This document shows positions 14,284 to 29,473 of a stretch of 64,000 bases of DNA, one piece after another. Both the position numbers and the translations under genes were made by a program. The stretch lies in assembly GCF_009914755.1 (NCBI RefSeq), contig NC_060936.1, one strand, 5' to 3'. The notes below the pieces were generated by a model that did no database searches, was not told where the DNA came from, and saw nothing but the letters and a program-made list of their open reading frames with translations. Source of the DNA: the human T2T-CHM13v2.0 reference genome, Homo sapiens. Position 1 is the first letter of the stretch; each line of letters starts with the position of its first letter.

Positions 14284-14664
<381 letters not shown>

Positions 14665-15149
14665 TTACAATCTACATGGAGAACCAAATGCGCTCCAGGA
14701 AGTTACACAGCACTAAAAATACACTTGTATTCATATTAGACTTTACAGGTCACAGAAATCTTTCATATGAGTTATCTCCTGTGATCCTCACAACAGCCAC
14801 CTGTTTATAGAGAGCATCAGAAAGGATGAGTGATGTTGAGGGTCACGCAGAGAAGCAATGGCCGAATTACTAGCCTCCGAAGGACTGTCACCAGATTGGT
14901 CACCATGGGGTATCAAGTAGTGCTGCTGCATAAAGGCAACACTGAGAGATGAAGCCCCTTTCTCCAGCATCTGTGTGGGTGGAGGGCCAGGGATCCCGTC
15001 TGTTACGCACATTCAACAAACTCAAGTTTTGCCATCCACTGGGCGTCCTGCAGTACAGCGGTGTGGGCTCATCTCCAGGACCTCTCTCTACGGGGTACGC
15101 CCCTCATCTTGCGGTGATCAGTGTTCCTTCCAGACCTCTCAGTCCGGAC

Positions 15150-16100
15150 TGAGTTGGGCACCGCGTCAGCGTCTCCCGGCCAGGCTCGCCGCCGATGACT
15201 CCGCTCGGCCTAGGGAGGCGGCCGAGAGCCCGTAGGGCTCCTCCTTCCCTCCAGTCTCTATGGCGGAAGTGAGTTGTACGGGCCGAAACACCACAGCGTT
15301 CTCGGTGGTGGGCTGAATGGACTCGTCCACATGAGGGGGATCTTCATCACCATCAACTCTTAAAATCCGAGACATAACCACGAAAGGAGCAGCCCCCAGA
15401 TCAGAGAGCAACGCATGACTATCTGCGTGTGCTTCTGTGACTACGCGGATGTTGTGGGCGGCTACATGCGTGCGGGGGCCCGGCGAGCTGGGCAGGTGCC
15501 CCCTCCGGGGCCGTGGGATCTGGTGAGCTTCCCGGCGCGCGGGGGGCGGTGCGGCTTCCGGTCCCGGCTCAGCCTCCGACCCAGGTGGTCTGGAGCCTGC
15601 CGGGAGAGTGGTGGCATCTGAGAGGCTGGTCGTGGACTGTGGTTGGGGGAGGTGGGAGCTGTTTTAACCGTGTGCCCCCTCTCCTGTGCCGGCGTGGGCA
15701 TCCCCCGGGGCAGTGGAACGCGGGCGCTCCTCCAGCTTCCGAGTCCAGCCAGCCTGGGCGCGGGGCGCCGCCCCCGAGACACCCGAGGAGTCCGTTCCTC
15801 CCTGGTTACGTGGACTGTGGAGGTTCGCGCGTAGTGGCGGCGGGGGATACGGGACCCGGGCGGGAATTCCTTCCTGCGTCCGTCCCGAGTCTCTTGATAT
15901 GGAGCCAAGTAAGTTTTCTGGTTTTGCTTTTAGCTGGTCTCTTGTGGCTCAGCGCCGTGCGGAGGTTGAAGCGTACCTGCGGAGGTCGCACCAGGGCGTG
16001 AGGAGGAGGAGGAAGGGCATGAGCCGAGCTTGAGGAATCCGTGCTCCAAACTCTACACTCAAGGTGGGAATGGGCGCACCCTGTGCTCCAGCCAGGCTTG
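15150..16100 (+). promoter_or_regulatory. ATG101: ATG101 CpG-island promoter and 5' non-coding exons
   Basis: High CpG density; YY1/ETS-like ATGGCGGAAGTG at 15260-15271; CTTCCGG near 15555. Confidence 0.8.
15934..16063 (+). other. ATG101: Probable ATG101 5' UTR exon
   Basis: Polypyrimidine tract with ttttag| at 15933 and donor AAG|GTGGG at 16063/16064. Inferred from splice signals only. Confidence 0.6.
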
Positions 16101-17126
16101 AGAAGGCGGCTGTTAGCCTCTGCCACTCGGGGGGACAAGAGGGACGAGACTTTCCAGACCCTACTCTGGTGGGCCCTGCTTGCTCACTGCTCACTGTGTG
16201 GGGCAGGGGACAACAAGGTTTTCACAGACCAAATGTGGCAGCTGTGGGAAGGAGAATGGGGTTGGTCAGGACTGACTTCTTGGAGGAGTGGATCCTAAAA
16301 TAGCACGTAGAATGAGGGAGGAGCCCAGGCTTGGGGCACAAGTGAGATGTGTGGCTTGTGTGAACGATTGCGGGGGACACAAGAGGGAGAAGTCGTGGAA
16401 GAAAGGGAGCCGGACCAGAGCCGGGAGTCTCTAGATGGGAAGAAAACTGCTGGATGGAGTAAAACTGGAGGGCAAAACGAGCAAGAGAGCCCTTCTCCTT
16501 CTTGATCCAAGCATGTAGGAGAAACTAATCCAGCAACCCCTGGAAGAACCTGGAATTCCTGGGTTGGGCTCAATTGAGCAGTTGTTTTGTAGAAGGTACT
16601 AGGAATTACCATTATAGTGATGAATGGAATATAGTCTCTGCCCTATAAGCAGAATATAGGAATTGTTTGCCTAGTGGTAGAGACAAAAACAAAACGTGAT
16701 GGTGCTTGATAGTACAGGTAGACGCGAGCTGATCGCCAGCTGAGAGGCAGAGCTGGCCTGATCTCTGTGCGGTCCACAGACCGTTGCCCTGTATCCTGTG
16801 CTGAGCAACAGTTTAAAAGGGGCAGACACAAACTGAAATATACTTTTTATATTCACCATCTGTCAACCAGATGAGTGAAATATACTTAGAGGAGAGCTGC
16901 TAGGATTCCATGCAGATAAGATGTGATGTGGAACAGACATGTTTTTGAGGACTGGGGACCTTCAGCCTGTAGAAGGGGTGAGGGGGTGGTGGAATAGCTG
17001 CCCCTAAATAAAAACTCACTTGTGGAAAAGAGGTGAGACTTATTTTGTGTGGCTTTGGGTACCAAAACTAAAACTAAAAGTGGTTTGAAGCACTAAGAGA
17101 CAGATTCTTCAGCAGAAAGAATAACT

Positions 17127-17408
17127 GGACTGGGTGCGGTAATCCCAGCACTTTGGGAGGCCGAGGCGGGTGGATCTCTTGAGCTCAGGAGTTCGAGACC
17201 AGCCTGGGTAACATGGCAAAACCCTTTCTTTACCAAAAATACAAAAAATTAGCCAGGTGTGGTGGTGTTCGCCTGTGTTCCCAGCTGCTTGGGAGGCTGG
17301 GATGGGAGCCTGGGAGGCAGAAGTTGCAGTGAGTAGAGATTGTGTCACTGTATTGCAGCCTGGGTGATGGAGTGAGACCCCATTTCATAAATAAAATAAA
17401 TAAATAAA
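17127..17408 (+). mobile_element. Alu (old, AluJ-like)
   Basis: Alu consensus with (TAAA)n tail. Confidence 0.88.
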
Positions 17409-18184
17409 TCAGAATAACTGAATAGAACTTCCTGAACATTGACTGGTTGTTGTGAGAGCTAGTGAATTCCCAGTCAGGGGAGGTTTGCAAGCTGAATACT
17501 CTGAGTTATAAGGAACTTGAAGCTCCCTCTCCCTCTGGGCATGTATTTAGTTATTATGTTCTAGTTCTCAAGTCTCTTGTTCTCTCCTTCCTACTCTCTC
17601 TACCACTGCTGTGTTATAGCCTTGCATCATCTCTTGGCAGTAACAATGTAATAATGAATTATAGCAGCTAATACTTAGTGGATATTTACCATTTGTCAGG
17701 TACTTATTTAAGTGTTTTATACATGCTAGCTCATTCAGCCCTCAACCCTTTCAAGGTAGCCATTATTATCTCTTTTGTATATGTGGCAGATAGGTGTTAA
17801 GCAGCTTGCCCAAGATCATGAGCATGGAGCAAGTGGCAGAGCTGGGGTTCCATTCCAGGTTGTCTGGCTTTCAAGTCATCGTTTTCAACCACTATTCTAC
17901 TGTATTTTACATGTGTTACCTTAATTCTCACTACTATCCCCATTTACAGATAAGAAGTTCAGAGAGGTTGAGTGATTCGCTTAAGGTCATAGAGCAAGAT
18001 GTAGATGAGGTGGGATTCAAACCCAGGACTGTAGGACATGAAAAACCGCCCACACCTGATTATGCTGCTTCTGTAACTACATCTACTGTAGTGGTCTTTA
18101 ACTGACTTCCGTGCCCAGCCTTTGTGCCTTAAATCCACAAGTTTTTACCCTGGAGTCTGTGGATGTGGGTGTCTCTAGAAATAG

Positions 18185-18646
<462 letters not shown>

Positions 18647-19230
18647 TAGAGGTACTTTTTTGATGCACAGATTTGATCTTGGCTTAGTGATGCATTGACT
18701 CTTCGCTGCTTTTAGGACAGAGTCCAAATGCCTTAACCTGTTCATTCAAGGTCCCAGGAAATCAGACTCCAATCTTTCTGTACTTCTTACTCCCACCCTG
18801 TACTCTCTCCGTGGTGATAATGTTTAGTTGCGTGCTTTTTCTTCATCCTGTCAGCCTGAGGGCAGGGGCCGTGCTTGCCTTTGATGTCTAGTACCTGACA
18901 AATGTTGCACAGTGAGCATCTGCTGTAAACTACATTGAAGGCTGTAAAATGGAATCCCAGCCTGTCATTTGGACTGATAACTTTGAAGCTCTTGCACTTT
19001 CTGATCCTGAGACTTGATGATTCGTTGATAGTGTGTGCTGCCAAAATGCAGAGAAGGGCCAGTGGAGGCAGAGGCTGAGCTGAGCCTAGAAGGAAGTGAA
19101 CAGATAACACGTGGACTATTCTTGTCAGCATTCTGACCTGGGCTCCTTTTGCAGGGTGGCCCTTGGGTAGGGTGAAGATCCCCTGTCTTTATCCTAGTTC
19201 CACACCTTGGTGTGGGTTACTGGGTGCAGG

Positions 19231-19482
19231 ATGAACTGTCGCTCGGAGGTGCTGGAGGTGTCGGTGGAGGGGCGGCAGGTGGAGGAGGCCATGCTGGCTG
19301 TGCTGCACACGGTGCTTCTGCACCGCAGCACAGGCAAGTTCCACTACAAGAAGGAGGGCACCTACTCCATTGGCACCGTGGGCACCCAGGATGTTGACTG
19401 TGACTTCATCGACTTCACTTATGTGCGTGTCTCTTCTGAGGAACTGGATCGTGCCCTGCGCAAGGTTGTTGGGGAGTTCAAG
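19231..19482 (+). CDS. ATG101: ATG101 first coding exon (aa 1-84, HORMA domain); the exon begins at 19155
   Basis: [51 protein letters not shown]...VVGEFK; acceptor ttttgcag| at 19154; donor AAG|GTAAGG at 19482/19483. Confidence 0.97.
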
Positions 19483-20096
19483 GTAAGGGTGTCGGGGAGT
19501 TCAAGGTAAGGGTGTGGCATAGCAGATGGCAGGGGGGCCTCGAGTGCTCCTCCACTCCAGCTTGGTGTTGAACCAGCCTTCTCTTCCTGAGTGCGTGAAT
19601 CGGGTTCTTTCAGGTTCTGAGAAACAGATGTGTTGAGAGCTCCTCTTCAGGGGAGGGCGCGCGGGCGCGTGTGTGTGTGGTGGGGGAGGGAGAGACTCAT
19701 AAATGTGCCTGGGGGAAAAGGGAGAGCAGGAAGCTGAGCAGTGTTGGCGGCCAGGTCCCCTGGGGCCATCCTTGCTTCTGTGGTCTTGACCTCTCTGGTT
19801 ACAGCTCTCTCTGCTTCTGCTTCCACTTTTCCTTTCCCACATGAAACTCCCCCAGAGGACGGCTTGCTTGGTTCAGGTGGCTGCCATCCAAGATGGGAGT
19901 GTCCCTTTTGGTGGTGTGGCATTGTGTGCCTGGGTAGGAGAAAGATGTAGAAGGGACACGGCCGGCTGCTGCTGTTGGTCACCTCAGGAGGTGGGAGTGG
20001 TAGTGTGCCTTCTCCTCTGGTCTTTGTTCAGAGTCACAGTGTTTGACCATTTCATTGAGTGCGTACTTTTACATTTTAAAGTAGCAAAGATAATTT

Positions 20097-20635
20097 TTCT
20101 TTCTTCCTTTTTTTTTTTTGAGACACAGTCTCACTATGTCACCCCAGTCTTGAACTCCTGGGCTCGAGCAGTCCTTCCACTGCAGCCTTCCAAGCAGCTG
20201 GGACCACAGGTGTACACCACCACCACCATGCCCGGCTAATTTTTGAAGATTTATTTTGCCAGGCCTGGTGGCTCATGCCTGTTGTCTCAGCACTTTGGGA
20301 GGCTGAGATGGCCGGATTGCTTGAGCCCAGGAGTTCAAGACCAGCCCTGGAAACATGGCGAAACTCCGTCTCTACAGAAAATACAAAAATTAGTGGGGTG
20401 TGGTGGCACATGCCTCTAGTTCCAGACGCTTGAGCAGCTGAGGTGGGAGGATTGCTTGAGCCTAGGAATTCGAGACTGCAGTGAGCCATGATCACGCTAC
20501 TGTACTCCAGCATGGGTGACAGAGCAAAACCCTGTCTCCAAAAAAAAATAATTTTTTTTGTAGAGATGGGGTGTCACTGTGTTGCCCAGGCTGGTCTTGA
20601 ACTAAAGGCTGGTCTTGAATTACTGGCATGAGCCT
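20097..20635. mobile_element. Nested Alus: a plus-strand Alu (about 20257-20548) inserted into a minus-strand Alu
   Basis: The minus Alu halves (20097-20250 and 20550-20635) are split at the central A-rich linker by an opposite-orientation Alu. Confidence 0.85.
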
Positions 20636-21458
20636 GAAGGCATCTGCTCTGGGGTTAGAACACGGGGGAGCTGTGTGTCTGACTTTCATTCCATAAATAT
20701 TTGCAGAGCCCTTCACTGTGCTGGGTACTGTGTGCTCATTGCAGGGGGTTGCCCAGTGTCAGGTGAAAGCTGTCTCTCATTGTCCCGCCAAACCCAGAAA
20801 GGGCAAGTTCATAAGTGGTTTCCTAGTCACCCTTAAGAGCAGCAGCAGCACTCAGCCCTGTGTCCTCCAGGTGTCCATGAGAGGCAGGTGGAGCAGAGTG
20901 GTGAAGAGCATGGGCTTTGGAGCTGGGGTCTGCCACCCAGCAAGTGTGTGACCTTGGGCTAGCGGCTCCACTCAAAATTGCAATAATAATCTTGCTTACC
21001 TCAAAGGGTGTGTGCACTGCAAGGACTGAATAAGTCAAATATGCCCAGTGTTTGGAACAGAGCCTGGCACACAGTAAACATTACAGATGCATTAGCCATT
21101 CAAGGTTACTTGACCTTGGTTTGTCAGTGAAGGAAAGCCTCTTCCCTGATGAGTGTGGTTCAGGATTTCAGGCATCCTTACCCTCTGGGTTGGTATTAAC
21201 TCAGATGGAAAGGAACTTCAGGGTCCTGGCTGCCCTAGGAAGAGGAGTATGGGGCCACTCACACCCATGGGGTGGCAAGGGCAGAATCATTGGACTGGAT
21301 GGTCCTGTTTGCTTCTCAGGGGAGAAGAGGGAGAAGTGCCAGGTCTGGTCTGTCCTTCAACTTCCCTTCCCCATTCTGTTGCTTGGTTTCCCTCTTTTTG
21401 AGCAAGGACCACTGGGCTCTACAGTTCCCTCTTCCTTAGCTCATAAAAGAGACTGTGA

Positions 21459-21745
21459 ACTGGGTGCAGTGGCTTGTGACCGTAATCCCAGCACTTTGGG
21501 AGGCTGAAGCAGGAGTATTGCTTGAGCCCAGGAATTCGAGACCAGCCTGGATAACGTAACAATACCCCGTCTCTTAACAAAATAAAAAAAATTAAAACTT
21601 AGCCAAGTGTGCCTGTAGTATCAGCTACTCAGGAGGCTAATGTGGGAGGATCGCTTGAGCCCAGGAGTCCGAGGCTGCAGTGAGCCATGATTGCTCCACT
21701 GCCCTCCAGCCTGGGTGACAGAGTAAGACCCAGTTTCTTTAAAAA
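21459..21745 (+). mobile_element. Alu (AluJ-like)
   Basis: Alu consensus. Confidence 0.88.
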
Positions 21746-22365
21746 ATATCAAAAGAATTATGTTTAATTGGCAGTGGAGAAGACAAATAGAGTTTACAGG
21801 GGAAGAGGGAAATGTTGACGAGGTGATTAGAACATTTTGAAGGATATGGGCTAAAGGGGTGGTGTGGAAGGAGGAGGCCCTTGATGCAATGCAAAGGTGA
21901 AAAGCAAGGATTTAGAAATCAGACAATCCAGATTCAAACCCTGGTCCAGCCATCCATAGGCATGTGACTCTCGCAAGTTACCTTACTTCTCTAAGCCTCA
22001 TCGTGCCTTGGTGAAAGCTGATGGGGTTGTTGGGAGGAGCCAGTGGGATTGTGTGTGTTAAGTTCCTAGCACAGAATACGTGCCTGCAGACCAGTAGTTA
22101 TTCCTGTAATATCAGTTCTTCACCAAGCTGGAGGAGTTGGGCTTGGAGACAGATTTTGTTGGTTTGCTTGAACTACACAATTTCAGGCTGGCAGTTTGCT
22201 GTGTCACTAAGCCCAAATCGTTTACCCTCTCCCAGTCTTGTTTCCTTGCCATGCTTGGATGATGACTAGAGCTAAGAGAGCATAATTCCCTGGGGTGTGG
22301 GAAGCAGGCCCTCACAGGTGGGAACTCAGAGGCCTTGGCTTGCTCATTCGTTCCCTTCTTCCCAG

Positions 22366-22770
22366 GATGCACTGCGCAACTCTGGTGGCGATGGGCTGGG
22401 GCAGATGTCCTTGGAGTTCTACCAGAAGAAGAAGTCTCGCTGGCCATTCTCAGACGAGTGCATCCCATGGGAAGTGTGGACGGTCAAGGTGCATGTGGTA
22501 GCCCTGGCCACGGAGCAGGAGCGGCAGATCTGCCGGGAGAAGGTGGGTGAGAAACTCTGCGAGAAGATCATCAACATCGTGGAGGTGATGAATCGGCATG
22601 AGTACTTGCCCAAGATGCCCACACAGTCGGAGGTGGATAACGTGTTTGACACAGGCTTGCGGGACGTGCAGCCCTACCTGTACAAGATCTCCTTCCAGAT
22701 CACTGATGCCCTGGGCACCTCAGTCACCACCACCATGCGCAGGCTCATCAAAGACACCCTTGCCCTCTGA
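22366..22770 (+). CDS. ATG101: ATG101 last coding exon (aa 85-218, includes the WF finger)
   Basis: Acceptor cttcccag|, [38 protein letters not shown]...[10 protein letters not shown]; 84+134 = 218 aa; AATAAA at 23046-23051. Confidence 0.97.
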   Translation, partial: DALRNSGGDGLGQMSLEFYQKKKSRWPFSDECIPWEVWTVKVHVVALATEQERQICREKVGEKLCEKIINIVEVMNRHEYLPKMPTQSEVDNVFDTGLRDVQPYLYKISFQITDALGTSVTTTMRRLIKDTLAL

Positions 22771-23394
22771 GCGTCGCTGGATCTCTGGGAGCTCCTTGAT
22801 GGCTCCCAGACCTTGGCTTTTGGGAATTGCACTTTTGGGCCTTTGGGCTCTGGAACCTGCTCTGGGTCATTGGTGAGACTTGGAAGGGGCAGCCCCCGCT
22901 GGCTTCTTGGTTTTGTGGTTGCCAGCCTCAGGTCATCCTTTTAATCTTTGCTGACGGTTCAGTCCTGCCTCTACTGTCTCTCCATAGCCCTGGTGGGGTC
23001 CCCCTTCTTTCTCCACTGTACAGAAGAGCCACCACTGGGATGGGGAATAAAGTTGAGAACATGAGTTTGGGCTGAGCCATCTCTCCCTTGTCTTGTGTCT
23101 GCCCGACGTGTTAACACTTTCTGGCATTCCTGTGAGGACACAGGTGTGTGTTGAGGGCATTGCTCCAAGATGAGGGGGGTGGGTGGGTGGGATTAAAGGT
23201 GTATGAAAATGGACAGATTTTGTACTTGGCTGGATATTCACACAAAACAGGTGTTACCCAGATGTGGCTATAGCCAGTCTCGTGAAGGAAGGTGCATTGT
23301 AGGGTGAGGGTCTGTTGCTTTTGGATGTGACTGAGCTGTTCCTCCCTTTTCCCCCCCAGCAATCGACTCCCTATTTCAACACCTCCAAACTCAC

Positions 23395-23610
23395 TTTGCT
23401 TTTTTTTTTTTTTTGTAAACTTTTGCAGATTATTTTATCACTCAGGTATTAAGCCTAGTACCCATTAGTTATTTTTCTGATCCTCTCCCTCTTCCCATCC
23501 TCCAAAAAGCTCCAGTGTGCATTGTTCCCCGCTGTGTGTCCTTGTGTTCTCATCATGTAGCTCCCACTTATAAGTGAGAACATGTATTTGGTTTTCTGTT
23601 CCTGTGTTAT
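23395..23610 (-). mobile_element. L1PA/PB 3'-end fragment
   Basis: Poly-T followed by ctcccacttataagtgagaacatg...ggttttctgttcctgtgtt, the reverse of an L1 3' UTR. Confidence 0.85.
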
Positions 23611-25139
23611 CTCCACCTTTTCTAAGGAAGCTGTGACATCCCTGGCCTTTATGTTGTCTGGTCTTGCTTCACCATGGCCCCAGAGAGTATCTTCTCTGTC
23701 TTCATAGAGCACATAGATCCCCATGTGCACCAGAAAGGTCATTTGATGTGGGTCATGTCTGGAGACACATTGGCCAGCTTGAGACTATCCGGCATCTGGT
23801 GACACTTCTTCCAGCTTGGGCTGGCCCTTGCCATTGCCTCGGTAACTCACATTCATTTCTGTACCCCCATACTCAAGCCCCCATTGTGTGCTATGCTCTC
23901 ATCAATACAGTCCATGTTTTACAATGCTTTTTGGCTGCTTCTGGGCCAGTTCTAACCAGACTAAATGAATTGTGTGTAGGGAGGGATGCTGAGGGAGAAA
24001 TGGGGTGGGAGTGGGGGGTCTTGTCCATGGTCCTGGAGCAGGGTAGGTAGTCAGGATGACCAGGAAGTGTTTGCACTTGGAATGCGCTTTTCCCATTCCG
24101 AGTCACCCTTGGCCACGTGATGTTTCTACTCTTGATCTCTGGGGCATCAGAGAGTTGGAGGACTCAGGAGGGGGGTTTATAGTTGAAGAAGGCCAATTTC
24201 TAGCAAGTCCTTGATAGCATGTGACCCCCCACTTGGCCTGCTGCAGTCTGGGGACTCTTCCTGTTTTCCTACCAGACAGCCATCAGCTAATCTAATCCCT
24301 TCTGAGGGGACTGGTACAGGTGGTTGACTGGCAGTGACTTTATTTTTTAGAAGAGGACTCAAGGCTTGCTACAGAATTTTTTGGTAGACCTGGCAGGAGG
24401 GTCTTGCTTCTCTGTCCACTTTTCCAGTCTTTCTGCTTTTCTGCAGCTGGACTCTGCTCCACTCTCCCACCCTGGCTTGGCTGTGGGACACCTAGCTGGC
24501 AATGGGCTACCCTAGTAGATGGGACAGTAACATTCCCTTCCCTTATGGCATTGCGATTTTCTGAAGTGGGGGACTAATTTATCCAGGGTCAGGACTGCAG
24601 TCCTGGTGGATCAAATCTGTGCTCTCCCATTGGTCTGTAAATGTGACTCTCCTTGGCCTATGGGGCCTGAGAAAAGGAGTGGGGGTGGGCCTTAAATTCC
24701 CCATGCTCTGCTCTGCTCTGCTGTACCTGAATGTCTCCCTGCTGTGGAGTGTGGAGGAGGCATTGGCCTGCTTGTCCAGCCCTAGGAGGCTTCTGAAGGG
24801 GATGATGGACGAGGAAGGGTGGGACTCACTCACCCTTATGGCTGCCCGTGTGCCTCCTGGCTCAGCAGCCACCTGGGCCACCTAGCAGCATAGAACTTTG
24901 GTCTAGGGATAAAAAGCCCAAGAATGGGGACAATCACCTTTGTCTTGTGTCCTGCTCAGAGGGGCAGCACCCCAGCCTGCAGCTGGGATGGGGTCTGAGG
25001 ATCTTCTCAGGGCTCTGCCCAGGTGTACCTCTTGGCCCACTTTGCGAAGGGGAGGGACTCTTGGGGACAGGGCTCCTGGTTTTGGCTGACTGGACTTGCA
25101 TGGGGGTGCCTGTGGGCCTTGGGGATGAGAAGAAATACA

Positions 25140-25950
<811 letters not shown>

Positions 25951-28900
25951 TCAGGAGGAGGCCGCCCCGCCCCGGATTGTGTCTCCTGCAGCTCTGGCCC
26001 CCTCCTCCCATCTTAAGTGTTCCAGCCTTATGTTCTTTTTCTACGAACAGAGGCTGCTGTGTAACTGTGGGGTGGTTGTGGAGGCAGGAGGATGACAGAG
26101 GAGAGAGTCTGGAGGCCACAGTGTGCTTTGGGGGCTTCTTCCCTAGCCCCCACCCTCACCTCCATGGTCTGCATCTGCCCCAGCCCCTATAGGTCCTAGG
26201 CCCAACTCTGCGGGCCCCAGCACTGCCCACTCCACGGGGCTGAGGAGACAGGCAGGCGGCTCCAGCCTTTGGCCTCAGCTTCCTGAAGGCTTTTCCCTGG
26301 GAGGGTGCTTGAGGGAGATTCCTTGCCTGGCCTCCCTCTTGAGACAGGGAGGGGAGTGTGGTCATGTTTGAGGGCAGATCCAGGGGCCTGGGTGGCCCTG
26401 GGGAATGGGGAGGTGTGTGGAAGGCCCTTCCCTGGACCCTGCTCAGGTCGTGGGGAGGGGGTGGTGAAGGGTGGGGGAGTAGATGTAGCCCAGAGCAAGG
26501 AGCTTTGTGTGGTGTGTGTTGGGGGGTGTGGATGGCAGGGTTCCCCGCAGCTGGGGGGCCTCGGGAGCGCTGCTCCGGGAAGTGGGGCTGAGGATTTCCA
26601 GCTGTGGGGGCTCTGTCTGGGTGTCTCCCTCTGTCTCTCCAAGGACAGGAGCCATCTGGAGGGAAGGGCCTGGATGGCCTGAGGACAAGGTAACTACAGG
26701 CGAAAGCCACCTGGGACAGAGCCACAGGGGCTGGAGAGGCCTTCTCTGTTCCTTCCCTCTGTTCAGCTTTGTACCTAGGAGCCCTGGGGGTTTCTGTGGG
26801 TGGGAGTGTTTGTCAGGGGTGACTTTGGCCTCTCTTGCCCCCCCTCCCCCGATTCTGGAGCCCCTCCCCTGCTTATCTGGGGTAGGGCAGGGTCCCAGTT
26901 TCCATCCGAGAAAGGAGTCAGGCTGAGTGCCTGTGAGGGGCAGCGGGAGGGTGTGGGCAGGTGCAGCTAAGCAGCTGCGAAGCTAACGACAACGTGTGAT
27001 CCCTGCCCAGCAGCCCAGGATTTGGCACTAATCCTGGGCAGCGGCACCACACTGGCCTTGCTGAGCCAGGGACTTCTCACCTCAGGGCCCCCTCAGCTCC
27101 CCCCACTCCACCCCCTAGGAGGGAGGGTTGTCCAGGGCCCTGAGGCGTGTGTGTAGTGTGTCTGTTACTGCACCTGGCACAGGCAGGGGGCTGGGCCCAG
27201 GGGACATTCCCCCCTCCCTTTGCTGGGGGAGAGGGTGGGAACTTCCTCTCTTGATTGTACCCGGTTTCACCCAGCTGCCTTGCCTGTCACCCTCTGGCCC
27301 CATACTCTCCTCTCCTTTCCCAGCTGGGAGAGAGGGTCTCCAGATCACTGGGAACCCCTTTCTTTTACACGCGGGAGAACAGTAAGTGACATGCTCACAT
27401 GAATGACAGAGCTGGAAGCAGACCCTGGGCCCTGATTCCAAGTTCAGGCCCCCTTCTGGCACTTGGGGGCCCCTCTCACTCTGTCCTCTTCCCTTCCCTG
27501 CTTTCTCATCACTCTTTGAGATGCTGGTGCAAAACGCGGCCTCTCTTCATACATTTGCGAATCAGGGATGGACCCCCAAACCCCTGTGCCACTGCCCCCT
27601 TCCCATCCTGCTTCCCCGGGGCCCTGCCTACCTTCTTGCTGTGGGGAGCAGTCTTCCAGATGCCGGCAGCAGCTCCTCAGCCAGCTGGGCTCAGCTTTCC
27701 TGGCCTGAACCTGAGGGGGGATGGGCTTAGAGGGTCAGCTGGAATAAACATCCGTGGAAAAAAATCCAAGCGGTCAGAGCCGAGGGATCAGGGCCGAAGG
27801 CTGATGACCTTCCGTTTGGCCTTTGGGCTCAAGTTCCTGTGGTGTGAGGGTGTAGAGTGATTTGGTGCCGGGAAGGGCTGTGCCCCCAGCATCATCGTGT
27901 CTGCTCACACCCAGGACAGGGCTGGGGCGGGGGTGTAGAGGTGGGGGCAAAGGCTTTCTTCATCCAACTTCCTCCCGTTGCTGTTCCTGAGTCCAGTGCT
28001 TGGAGGGCAGGGCGTGGGGTGTGCCAGGGACCTCAGTGTTCCTGTGGGAAGGGACTGAGATGTTTGCTGTGGAATTCTGACCCTGGTCAAGGCTGTCAGG
28101 CTGAGTGGGCAGGAAAGAATGTGGAAAATTGGGAAGTGGGTGCTGCTGTTACCCCATCAGGCTCCAGCTGGGAGTGAGATGTGGGGGATGGGTGCAGGTC
28201 TGAGTGCCAGGGAGAGAAGCCAGGCACCCGAACTCCTAGCCAGCTCACTTAGCCTGCACCGTCCATAGGGGAAGGGCTGGGGCGGCTGATGGGTTCAGAT
28301 CTTGCCCTAACCTTCCTCCAGCCCCTGAGATTTTCCCTAAGCTGGGAAAGCCTGTGAGAGGTTTATGGAGTCCATTCCTCAGTCTCCACATAGTGCAGCT
28401 CCCTCTGCAGCAAAGACGGGGGTGGCTCTCTCTACAGATTCCTGAGCCCCACATCGTCTGCCAGCAAGAGAGCCTGCTCTCCTGCTGCCACTCTGGGGAT
28501 CCCCTGCCACCTTCAGCCCATTCTTGCTGCAGATGACAGACTGGGAGATACCTGGCTTGTGGTGAGACCTCAACCTGGGATCCTTGCACCCAGCTGCTGC
28601 CTCTGAACTGCTCCACTGGACCTCTGGAAGTGCTCGGTGTGGGCCTGGACCTGGGAGACCTGCACTCCCAGCCCGCTTGAGGCCTGCTGCATGTCCTGGG
28701 CACTGAAGTGGCCACACATCCTGGATGCCTGGTGCAGCAGGTGCTGGCTGTGCCCCCTGCCTTCTGGCCTCTGAGGACATGAGTGCAGCGCCTGTACTGT
28801 CTGGTGTGAGGCAGCAACGGTCTGACAGTGACCGGCCCCTGCTGCAAGTCAGTGCCTCTCATTTGCAGGCCTGCAGCACCCCCTCAATCCAGGAATGCTG

Positions 28901-29473
28901 CATCGCTTTCTGTGGCCTGTTATTAAATATGCTGGTGATGCAAGCTTCAGGTCTATGATCTGTCTCCAGCCTTTGACTCTAGGAATTAGTGGTTTGTTCC
29001 CCGACTCCCCTCCAGTTTTACCTATTTCTAGCAGATATAGCAACCCCAGCCCCTGTCCCCTGGCCTCTCCTCAGTGGTGGCTTTTCCCCTTGCACCTTCA
29101 GATCCACATCTTCCGAGGGTGGGTGTGAAGTGGGGGCAGAAAGCCACCCTCACGCCAGCACTCGGCTGCCCCCCTGTGGCCAGTGTGGGCAAGAGCACCG
29201 CTTCATTCAACCAGTCACTGTTGGGGTCTGTCTCATCAGAGTCCAGCCTGAGCCTCGGCTTTGAGATGGGAGTGGGTATCGTGAGCATGTGCATGGAATT
29301 CTAGATTGCAAAACTTTCCTAAACCTCAGTCTCTTAGTTTATAAAATGTAGGTGACAATATCATAGGTTTGTCATTGATCAAATAGGTAACATGCTTATT
29401 TATTGAAAAAAGTCTTTCTGCATAGTAATCATCCTGTGGCATCATTATTTTCCCTGAACCTGACCATTCCTAG

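Noticed and set aside
23734-23741. NBRE (AAAGGTCA) 1.6 kb upstream of SMIM41, with others at 13553, 53457 and 63592, suggesting local NR4A1 regulation
   Set aside because: About two copies of any 8-mer are expected by chance on both strands of 64 kb, and two of the four lie in the pseudogene or ERV; not meaningful without ChIP data.
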